Virus record (IMG/VR): IMGVR_UViG_3300045999_011735
Location: 1 to 64,000 of that record
Reading direction: 5' to 3' (one strand)
Length of the DNA stretch: 64,000 nt
Source of the DNA: a virus
The position numbers were made by a program, and so were the translations under genes. The notes beneath the pieces are model-generated. The model searched no databases, was not told the DNA's origin, and was given only the letters and a program-made list of their open reading frames with translations. The first letter of the stretch is position 1. Every line of letters begins with the position of its first letter. Positions 28,224 through 35,899 of the stretch are shown piece after piece.

Positions 28224-28483
28224 CGCTTATATATTTTTAAACGCAAAGGCCCCGTACCTTTTATAGCACGATGCCAAGTATGTCTCGGTATAAATATTGG
28301 TTGATTTAACGAAGTGGGCAAACTATTTTCAAGTTGTAATTGCCAATCTGTGTGTCCTATTATTTCTATTGTGCGATCTTCATCATCGCGATGCCACAAC
28401 AATTCGATAGGGTCTATATTTTCATCAAATTCACGAATGATATAGAAATCATTATTTTCTATATCGGTGTATGGATGACTCAT
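28220..28483 (-). CDS. Small cupin-like protein
   Basis: WHRD...WQLQ...IFIPRHTWHRAIKG cupin-type motif. Confidence 0.6.
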   Translation of the reverse strand: MSHPYTDIENNDFYIIREFDENIDPIELLWHRDDEDRTIEIIGHTDWQLQLENSLPTSLNQPIFIPRHTWHRAIKGTGPLRLKIYKR

Positions 28484-28485
28484 AA

Positions 28486-28803
28486 CTACTTGTTTCTAAT
28501 CAAAAGTTCGCCTAATACTTCCAAACGCCCAACCTCTCTTTGAAATTCAGTTTGGGTCATATCTAGCGATATTTTTTTATAAGTATCTTCAAATTCACTT
28601 TTAGCTTTTTCCATATCAAGTTTACCTTCAGCTGCTTTCTTATAGTATGGGGCTTTTACTTTAAAGTGGTGCCATGTTAATAATGATAATCCACCTTTTT
28701 CTTCAGCATTTGATGCTATTTTAGCAGCGCCTTTGCCACGGATAGTAGCAAAACTTTCAAATGTTTCTTTTACTTCAGTTAGTATATCTAGTAGTTTAAT
28801 CAT
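28486..28803 (-). CDS. Putative internal head protein with IKLxDILxE leader
   Basis: MIKLLDILTE. Confidence 0.55.
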   Translation of the reverse strand: MIKLLDILTEVKETFESFATIRGKGAAKIASNAEEKGGLSLLTWHHFKVKAPYYKKAAEGKLDMEKAKSEFEDTYKKISLDMTQTEFQREVGRLEVLGELLIRNK

Positions 28804-28813
28804 ATTTTATATA

Positions 28814-29455
28814 TTACCAAAATCCTGAAAATGATGTTTTAAAACCTAATAGTTTGGCGTAACGTGGTAGACGACAGCTCCAATATGATGCTTTTGTTCT
28901 ATCTTTTTTATTTGGACAATCATGACGTTTTGAAAACGCTTGACGTGCTTTTGGATTATTTAATTTTGCACGTAACCCTGTAGTATCACCAAATGATACT
29001 TTTTTAATTTTACCTTTATCTCTAACGTAAACGTAGAATTTCTTTGAACCACCACGCTTTGGTTTTCCAATTGGTGGTGTTTTTTTCTTTTTATCTGCTT
29101 CCTCAAGCTCTAACTCCTCATGTAATTGTACTAATTCATCAACTGAAATTGGGTAGTCTAATGGTACTCTAACGCCGTTATAAAACGCGTATTCCCCGAT
29201 ATTTGACTCAAGTAATTCAGCATCATCTTCTGTCACAGACAATAAACCTTCTTCGTATAACTCGCGTGCTTCGCGAAATAAAGAAAAATAATTTTCAGAT
29301 AGTGGGCGATAAATGTTATGAATTAATTGTCTACCTTCTTCAATATGATATTGTAAACCTTCAGATAGTGTAATTAGTGCTTGTCCTTCTTTAAGCATTA
29401 ATTTAGGACCATTACACCCACAATCATCAACTTCGTAAATTAATTGTTTTTTCAT
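28814..29455 (-). CDS. Two-module protein; basic C-terminal module
   Basis: An acidic N-terminal module, then LEE|ADKKK...KFYVYV...KKVSFG...RHDC...YWSC. Confidence 0.6.
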   Translation of the reverse strand: MKKQLIYEVDDCGCNGPKLMLKEGQALITLSEGLQYHIEEGRQLIHNIYRPLSENYFSLFREARELYEEGLLSVTEDDAELLESNIGEYAFYNGVRVPLDYPISVDELVQLHEELELEEADKKKKTPPIGKPKRGGSKKFYVYVRDKGKIKKVSFGDTTGLRAKLNNPKARQAFSKRHDCPNKKDRTKASYWSCRLPRYAKLLGFKTSFSGFW

Positions 29456-29461
29456 ACTATA

Positions 29462-29698
29462 TTATTTTGCATGCCACCAATTGCAACAATATTCGTCTGC
29501 TGGTGCCGGAATTTTAGCATCACCATCATGCCATTGAAGCCAGTATTTGTTATTACATAAATTGCCTTTTTCAACCCAATACTCACAGTTAGCACACATT
29601 GAACCACCTTTAGTTACACGCATGCCCGGTTTATGATCTGCTGGGTATTCAATTTTGCCTTCAGCAATAAGTCCTAATAATTCGCTTAATTTATGCAT
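29462..29698 (-). CDS. Small Cys-rich protein, HiPIP-like
   Basis: CANCEYW...C...YCCNWW. Confidence 0.5.
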   Translation of the reverse strand: MHKLSELLGLIAEGKIEYPADHKPGMRVTKGGSMCANCEYWVEKGNLCNNKYWLQWHDGDAKIPAPADEYCCNWWHAK

Positions 29699-29967
29699 TA
29701 TTTTTGTTTTTCAAAAAAATCAACTTTAACACGTAATGCTGCTACTTCTCTAGTAAGATCAAGTACCATTTTACGTAATTCATCTTTTTCACGAGCAGAT
29801 TCAACAAGTAATGCTTCTAGTTTAGCAATTCTATCTTTGCAATCATGACGGATAAAATCTTCGTCACGTTCTCTTTGCATTGATTTTTTTTCGTAAAAAC
29901 GAAAAGCCGCGGCACTACCTAATACCGTAATTGCTGTCATCAAAACCGTATAGATATTGTCGTTCAT
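29698..29967 (-). CDS. Single-TM coiled-coil protein (holin/lysis candidate)
   Basis: N-terminal hydrophobic helix followed by a coiled coil. Confidence 0.5.
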   Translation of the reverse strand: MNDNIYTVLMTAITVLGSAAAFRFYEKKSMQRERDEDFIRHDCKDRIAKLEALLVESAREKDELRKMVLDLTREVAALRVKVDFFEKQK

Positions 29968-29990
29968 TTCCTAGAATTTTGATATAAATA

Positions 29991-30560
29991 TTAAGAGTTT
30001 ATTTTATTTTTTAATTGTTGTATACGATCCATAATTTGCTTTTTAACTTCTGCTTTATCTAACCCATTTCCCACCCAATTTTGGATAGTACCATCTTCCA
30101 TTACATAAGTTCCATTAATTAAATCATCTAAAAATTGATCAATGCCATCAGTAATATTATCAGCAAAATATTGTGCATTTTTATGAATCATATTGCGTTC
30201 GTATTCTTCATATTTGCCTTCTAATTTTAATAGGCTTTCCATTTCTGTAACACAATGTAAACACATTTGATGGATTCCATACATTTGTTTGTCAAATCTA
30301 TGTTTCATTGGTTTTGAACATTTTGGGCAAAGTACAGGAGTTCCTACAGCATCGGTTTTACGTAATGTACGTTTAATACCGTTTTTAATAGTCCATGTTT
30401 TACCATTTTCTTCCCAAACATCACCTTCAACGTGATGTTCTTCTGCTTTAGTATAACCAACAGAAGTAACGGTTTTATCATGTACTTTTTTTTGCGCTAG
30501 ATTTCTCATGCGCTGTAGATCTCGTTCAGTAAATTGTTTCTTTAGTGTAGTTTCTTTCAT
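29991..30560 (-). CDS. Hypothetical Zn-finger protein
   Basis: GDVWEENGKTWTIKNG; CPKC...CLHC. Confidence 0.6.
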   Translation of the reverse strand: MKETTLKKQFTERDLQRMRNLAQKKVHDKTVTSVGYTKAEEHHVEGDVWEENGKTWTIKNGIKRTLRKTDAVGTPVLCPKCSKPMKHRFDKQMYGIHQMCLHCVTEMESLLKLEGKYEEYERNMIHKNAQYFADNITDGIDQFLDDLINGTYVMEDGTIQNWVGNGLDKAEVKKQIMDRIQQLKNKINS

Positions 30561-30564
30561 AACT

Positions 30565-31773
30565 TTATTTTGTACTTAAATATCCACTTTCAATATCTTC
30601 AAACTCGTCTTCGTAATTTTTAATTAACATGATGTCTACTTTTATAGGATTGGCAGCGTTAATTACTTCATCTTCTAATTGATCACTCAATTTATCCATA
30701 AACTTTGGATTAAAGAACAATTCAGCATCGCCTGCTTTGGCTCTCATTACTACAGGTACACCTTCACCTTTTCGTTCAGCAGTACTAATAGCAAATGAAG
30801 CTGCAGGATAATAACGAGTGCTCCATGAAGATAATTTACGACGAGAAGAATATTCTTGATTTGGAATTATAATAGTATCTTTAGTTTCCTCTTTATTAGG
30901 ATTTTTATATAGTTTTGCTGCTTCTTCTTCACTTATAAAGGTTCCTCTATAAATGTAAGTATCAGGTGACAATCCAGTATCTCCTATTTCTGGGTAGTCT
31001 TTTTTTAATATTCTAAATGTTTCTAAATATGGATCTAAATTTATACTGCTGTATATATTAGATTCAGAGTCAGCATATTTTTTTAAAAAATCAAATAGTT
31101 TTTCTTCAGTAGGAGTGTCTACTTCTACTTCATCTTTATACCATCCTATTTTAACACCTGAATCTTTATCTCCAAATAAAAAATCTCCATATTCACCTTC
31201 TTTAATTAAATGCTCAAATAAATTAGGTTTTGCTTGAGCAAAGTTACGCATAATAACAGCTGCTCTAGAATTTGCTTCATTTTCATCATCACTACCTGTT
31301 TCACCAGATGTAGGAGTTAAACGACCGTCTAAATCTTGTTTATAGTGAACTAATTCATGAGCCAAAGTTCTAAATACATCAGCAGGATGTCTTTTAGCTA
31401 TTACTATATGAATTGACTTATCACTTGGTCTATACCCACCCCAAGAGCGTAAATCAATAGCTTCTTGAGAATCATCAGATAATGTAATTTTAGGTAATTT
31501 ATCTAAGTGAAGTTCATCCATTACGTGTTTCATGAACTCACTAACTAGATCTTTATTTAAATTTTCTTCTAAATTTAACTTAGCAAGTTTTGTATAATAT
31601 TTTGGATCTTCTGTAAGATGGTCTTTGGCAATGCGTCCAGCAACTTTTGGATCTTTTGTATGTTCCATTTCAACTTTAACGCCTTTTTTCCATTCTTTTT
31701 TAAGAATGTCAATGTCAACACCATGTTTATTTGCAATGTCTTGCAATGTCATTCCTTTTGATAATCCTGCCAT
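30565..31773 (-). CDS. Three-module protein: DUF5661-like + HExxH zinc peptidase + ADP-ribosyltransferase-like
   Basis: GVKVEMEH...AKDHLTEDPKYYTKL; LAHELVH...ENEAN; IYRG...SSWST...EDEVI. Start re-assigned to ATG 31773, downstream of the promoter and terminator. Confidence 0.65.
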   Translation of the reverse strand: MAGLSKGMTLQDIANKHGVDIDILKKEWKKGVKVEMEHTKDPKVAGRIAKDHLTEDPKYYTKLAKLNLEENLNKDLVSEFMKHVMDELHLDKLPKITLSDDSQEAIDLRSWGGYRPSDKSIHIVIAKRHPADVFRTLAHELVHYKQDLDGRLTPTSGETGSDDENEANSRAAVIMRNFAQAKPNLFEHLIKEGEYGDFLFGDKDSGVKIGWYKDEVEVDTPTEEKLFDFLKKYADSESNIYSSINLDPYLETFRILKKDYPEIGDTGLSPDTYIYRGTFISEEEAAKLYKNPNKEETKDTIIIPNQEYSSRRKLSSWSTRYYPAASFAISTAERKGEGVPVVMRAKAGDAELFFNPKFMDKLSDQLEDEVINAANPIKVDIMLIKNYEDEFEDIESGYLSTK

Positions 31774-31804
31774 AGTAAATATAGTATATACTACATATAA
31801 ATAT

Positions 31805-31834
31805 AAAAAAAAGACCTGGGATAACCCAGGTCTT
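31805..31834 (-). terminator. Rho-independent terminator
   Basis: 10-bp stem AAGACCTGGG/CCCAGGTCTT with a T tract. Confidence 0.85.
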
Positions 31835-31855
31835 AAATTAAAATAATCGATATTT

Positions 31856-32392
31856 TTAGAATCGATATAAAATTCCAAATTTAGGTGCGTTCAATTGATT
31901 ATTAACACCTGTAAATCCAATTGAAAATGTAGATGTAGAACCAACATCTGTGTAGTCAATCAAACTAGCCAATGATGTACTAAGGGCTAAGTTTTTAGAT
32001 ACAAAGTAGTTAGCGCCAAGACCTACGTTTGCGTTTTTAACTGACGTTTCGTTATTGCCAGCTTTAGTAGTAGTGCTTGACAAACTTAATTGAGAGTAAA
32101 CGTGAAATTTACTTCCAACACTTAATACGTAACATCTTCCAAAAGCACCAACACCATTTACTTTGGTGGTTGGGTTTTTACTAAATTCACCAGAAACACC
32201 TACGGCAAATTTATCAGTTAAAAAATATCCAGCGGCTGGATTGAGAAGGTACTGTCCATCAGTACCAGTTGCTTTTAAGTAAGACACTGTTCCTTCAGCA
32301 AATTTTTCTGCTTTTTTAAACTGTGCTTTTGTTGTAAACGACACTAGCATTAATGATAATGCGGTCACAACGAATTTTACTTGTTTTTTCAT
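31856..32392 (-). CDS. Outer-membrane beta-barrel protein (Bacteroidota OMP type)
   Basis: Signal peptide MKKQVKFVVTALSLMLVSFTTKA|Q, alternating beta strands, GYFLTDKFAVG, and a C-terminal GILYRF (BAM signal Phe). Confidence 0.8.
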   Translation of the reverse strand: MKKQVKFVVTALSLMLVSFTTKAQFKKAEKFAEGTVSYLKATGTDGQYLLNPAAGYFLTDKFAVGVSGEFSKNPTTKVNGVGAFGRCYVLSVGSKFHVYSQLSLSSTTTKAGNNETSVKNANVGLGANYFVSKNLALSTSLASLIDYTDVGSTSTFSIGFTGVNNQLNAPKFGILYRF

Positions 32393-32519
32393 AATTGTTT
32401 TTTTGGTTAAAAAATAAAAAAGCAGAGACATAATGTCCCCGCTAGCGCGTTATGCATACTTGTATTATAATATGTCTGTAGCAGTATTTTTGAAATTTTT
32501 AGTTTCATGTATAAATATG

Positions 32520-33302
32520 TTAAGATAGCTTTACTGAGGTGGGCAATAGCTCAGTCATGGGTTTAGAGTCAGGGTTCTCTAGTTTATATATGTCGTATAT
32601 TTTAAGAAACATTTCAAAATTACGATCAATATCACCTATTGTTTTTAATTGCCATCCTTTACCTTGAATTGCATCACCTTTACCTTCACCCCTAGTAGAT
32701 GCTTTCAACCATAAAATACCTGTTTCCTCAATTGGTGTGTCATGTGTTTCATTCCATGCTTTAGCATAGGAAGCTAACTGTAAATCGTATGATGTATGGA
32801 GTGAATTTGATGTTTTAACATCCAGTAACCACACTTTACCTTTTAATTTAACAATTAAGTCGGCTGTACCAGCATACTTATGGTTGTCTGAAAATAAGTG
32901 GTATTCAGTAGCTATAAGCTCAGGTTTATGTGTATTCCAAAATTCAGAGAATTTAAGAATCATTTTCCAAACATCAAGTGAATAAATAGCACTTCCAAAT
33001 TCATCAATCCATTTAATTTCCTCTCCATTTAAAAATGCTTCTACTGCGTTATGTACTTGAGTACCTTCAGCAGCAGCTCTAGAGGCAATAATATCACTAT
33101 TATGTCCTACATCTTTAAGCCATGAGTGGAAGAATTGGTTTTTAGGAAAATAATTTAAAATAGAGGAAACAGAAGGGTAATACTCTTCGTTGCGTCTATA
33201 GAATCGTTGATCCAAAACATTAATTTGTTTATTATCCGCACTATATTCTACAATACGTTTAATTTTTGGATCCTTAATAATGTTTACATTTTTATCTATC
33301 AT
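32520..33302 (-). CDS. PD-(D/E)XK exonuclease
   Basis: YPSVSSIL, GTQVH, YAGTADL, LLDVKTS and QLASYA motifs. Confidence 0.85.
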   Translation of the reverse strand: MIDKNVNIIKDPKIKRIVEYSADNKQINVLDQRFYRRNEEYYPSVSSILNYFPKNQFFHSWLKDVGHNSDIIASRAAAEGTQVHNAVEAFLNGEEIKWIDEFGSAIYSLDVWKMILKFSEFWNTHKPELIATEYHLFSDNHKYAGTADLIVKLKGKVWLLDVKTSNSLHTSYDLQLASYAKAWNETHDTPIEETGILWLKASTRGEGKGDAIQGKGWQLKTIGDIDRNFEMFLKIYDIYKLENPDSKPMTELLPTSVKLS

Positions 33303-34252
33303 ATTAATTCTAATTTTTTACTTACAAGAGTAGAAAAAGTTAGGGGCGGAGTGGCTTCGATGTTCTCAAGGAAACGTTCGAAGCCGATTTCGTTTGCATC
33401 TTTTCCACCTAGTTCTACTAAATAAACTTCTTTACCGTATGAAAGTAGTTTTTCACAATGCTTAATTGCTTCTTTTAAAGCATCATTGTCAAGTGCAATA
33501 TACACCTTTTGTACTTGGGAACCAACTATTTTTTTCATTAGTTGTTCTGAAATGTTTTTTCCAAATAACGGAATAACGTTGCGTTTAATTGTTAAAGCAT
33601 CAAATATACCTTCAACAAGAATAATAGGTGTATTCCAATTAATGTAATATTCCCAACCAATAATATTTCTATCTACTGCTGGGTTTTTATATTTTTGTGG
33701 ATCGTCTGAAAGATAGGTGCGTGTGGAATAAAAGTTTAAAATACCATTTTCATTATATGATGGTATGACAATGCGTTTTGAAAAATTACCTTCAGCACAA
33801 AATCCAATGTTATATTTAATTATATCGTTTTCAGTAATACCACGTTGCTTAAGAAATTTAATGGCATGACGTGCTTCAATTTGTGAAATTTTATCTAGGC
33901 TGGGTGTGTTAGAGAGGGGAATAAATTCTTTAGGGAGAGAAATTGTATAGGATTGTTGTTCTTGTTTTTTTCCGGGTTTGATAAGGGAATTTAATTCGGC
34001 TATACGATGTGAAGGTGCCTTAATTTTTTTAAATAATGAAGAAATAGATTTACCCTTTTCCTCACAAACCCAACAATGCCAAGGATTTTCCTTTTTTTCG
34101 TTTGTGTGAAGTTGAATTTCTAATTTAAACTTAGTATGATGGCAAAATGGGCACCTAAATGCCGCATTATTTCTTGCTGTTGAACGGCCTTTACCAAGTA
34201 CCGATTCTAACAACACCATTAACATTTTTTCCCTTATTCCCTCTTCATTCAT
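33299..34252 (-). CDS. dnaG: DNA primase (Zn finger + TOPRIM)
   Basis: CPFC...HCWVC, RIVIPS, KYKNP, LVEGIFDA and ALDNDA motifs. Confidence 0.88.
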   Translation of the reverse strand: MNEEGIREKMLMVLLESVLGKGRSTARNNAAFRCPFCHHTKFKLEIQLHTNEKKENPWHCWVCEEKGKSISSLFKKIKAPSHRIAELNSLIKPGKKQEQQSYTISLPKEFIPLSNTPSLDKISQIEARHAIKFLKQRGITENDIIKYNIGFCAEGNFSKRIVIPSYNENGILNFYSTRTYLSDDPQKYKNPAVDRNIIGWEYYINWNTPIILVEGIFDALTIKRNVIPLFGKNISEQLMKKIVGSQVQKVYIALDNDALKEAIKHCEKLLSYGKEVYLVELGGKDANEIGFERFLENIEATPPLTFSTLVSKKLELI

Positions 34253-34299
34253 AACATTTTTTTTCAAAACCCCTGTAGGTTAAAGTTACGGGAAATTCT

Positions 34300-34728
34300 T
34301 TAGTCTACCAAATCTTTCTTGAAAAACTTTCCTAAGATATTATCATTATAGGAGAGACTAGGTGAAACAAGGCATTCAAACTTACATTGGTAATGCATTT
34401 CATAGTATGTAAGTTGTTTTTTAGTTTTACATGGTTTAAGTATCATACATTCAAAATGATCCTCACCTAATACTCTAACAGCTTCAAGTAATTCTTTAGA
34501 AGAACCCCAATATGTTTTCCAGTCACTTTCAACACGGACTATTTCGGTAGTAGGTTTACGTCCTGGTCCTATTTGTTCTGCTAGTTGTTTTTTGGTTAAT
34601 TTTTTCTTTTTATTAAACCAAAAATATTTTTTACCAATGTAAAATTTTCCGTCTGTTAGGTTTGTAATTTTATAAACAAAACCTAAGTAATCTTCAGGAT
34701 TTAATATATCCCAATAATTCCATTTCAT
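34300..34728 (-). CDS. GIY-YIG (Seg-like) endonuclease
   Basis: GFVYKITN...FYIGKK...YWGSS...YNDNI. Confidence 0.8.
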   Translation of the reverse strand: MKWNYWDILNPEDYLGFVYKITNLTDGKFYIGKKYFWFNKKKKLTKKQLAEQIGPGRKPTTEIVRVESDWKTYWGSSKELLEAVRVLGEDHFECMILKPCKTKKQLTYYEMHYQCKFECLVSPSLSYNDNILGKFFKKDLVD

Positions 34729-34734
34729 AACATA

Positions 34735-35085
34735 TTATTTATCATATTTAACCACAAAAGTCATATCAGTATTTTGTGATAGAGGAATTGGTTGTGCCAA
34801 TTTAGCTACAGCCAATAAATCGTTTTGTTCATTATATAAACCAACTGTTGTAACATAAGGTTCAAAATAGGATGCAGTAACAAAATATTTTACTTCAGGA
34901 ATAGGAGAAGTTAATGATTGACTAAAAAATCCACTTCCACTAAATAAATTATCCTGTAATAAAGTAGGGTTGTATGACAGATTAAATTCATTATCCTTTA
35001 CATGACAAATTACGTTTTGCTCATATATAACCATTTCATTTTGAAATGATAGATTAAAACTTGGAGCTAAAGCAACTGAAGGCAT
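34735..35085 (-). CDS. Virion structural protein; homologous to C-terminal part of 41777..42799
   Basis: PYVTTVGLYNEQNDLLAVAKLAQP versus TFITTVGLYNDQNELLAVAKLSRP. Confidence 0.7.
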   Translation of the reverse strand: MPSVALAPSFNLSFQNEMVIYEQNVICHVKDNEFNLSYNPTLLQDNLFSGSGFFSQSLTSPIPEVKYFVTASYFEPYVTTVGLYNEQNDLLAVAKLAQPIPLSQNTDMTFVVKYDK

Positions 35086-35104
35086 AATTTAAATAATTTA
35101 TATT

Positions 35105-35845
35105 TTAAGAACATTGAGGAAAAGCATAAGCTGAAACCCAATTATAGTTTGAATCAAATTGCCACAACCCACCATTTATAAAAACATAAAGAGGGCCATC
35201 ATTACTTAATGGAAGATTTCCACCTGAGTCTGTATAGAGAGGACAAAAAACTCCAAAATTTCCAAGGTTACAAAGAGACCAAAGACTTTGAGGGTTATAA
35301 GCAGCATTGTTACATGCATCAAATGCTGTTGCTCCCCAACCACATCCTATAAATTCAGTAAAAACTAATGGTGGTGGTGATGAAGGAGTTATAGATGGTG
35401 TTCTAGTAATTGTTGGTGTTGGTGTCGGTGATTGAGAGGCACCTATAGTAGGTGATGGAGTAACAGAAAGTGTAACACTTGGAGTAACTGTTCTAGTTGG
35501 AGTAACTGTTGGTGTTAATGTTCTAGAAGGAGTTACAGTTGGAGTAACTGTGGCGCTAATACTGCGTGTTGGAGTAATTGAAGGAGTAATAGTAGGAGTT
35601 GGTGTAACTGAAAGTGATGGGGAAGGAAATGGTAATATTTCTTCATTTGCACAACCAAACGCTTCATTAGTAACTACAATAGATGATGAAGGAACACCAA
35701 GAGGAACATTTACAAGATATCCTGCCTCTAATTCAGGTCTAGTTACGTTAGAGGCATACAAGGTTTGTCCACTGCTACCTGAAAGATAGACATTAAATGG
35801 TCCTGGTGAATTTCCTTGATCATAATATATTACGTAAGTAGGCAT
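35105..35845 (-). CDS. Thr/Pro-repeat virion protein with Cys-rich C-terminal domain
   Basis: About 85 aa of TPT/TPS repeats between globular ends. Confidence 0.7.
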   Translation of the reverse strand: MPTYVIYYDQGNSPGPFNVYLSGSSGQTLYASNVTRPELEAGYLVNVPLGVPSSSIVVTNEAFGCANEEILPFPSPSLSVTPTPTITPSITPTRSISATVTPTVTPSRTLTPTVTPTRTVTPSVTLSVTPSPTIGASQSPTPTPTITRTPSITPSSPPPLVFTEFIGCGWGATAFDACNNAAYNPQSLWSLCNLGNFGVFCPLYTDSGGNLPLSNDGPLYVFINGGLWQFDSNYNWVSAYAFPQCS

Positions 35846-35899
35846 ATTGTTTTTATATCAATGTAATGAAAAATATTGATATCTCCACATAAATATATT

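Noticed and set aside
34300-34728. Intron-encoded homing endonuclease
   Set aside because: It is a free-standing ORF between intact genes, with no interrupted host gene or group I intron structure evident.
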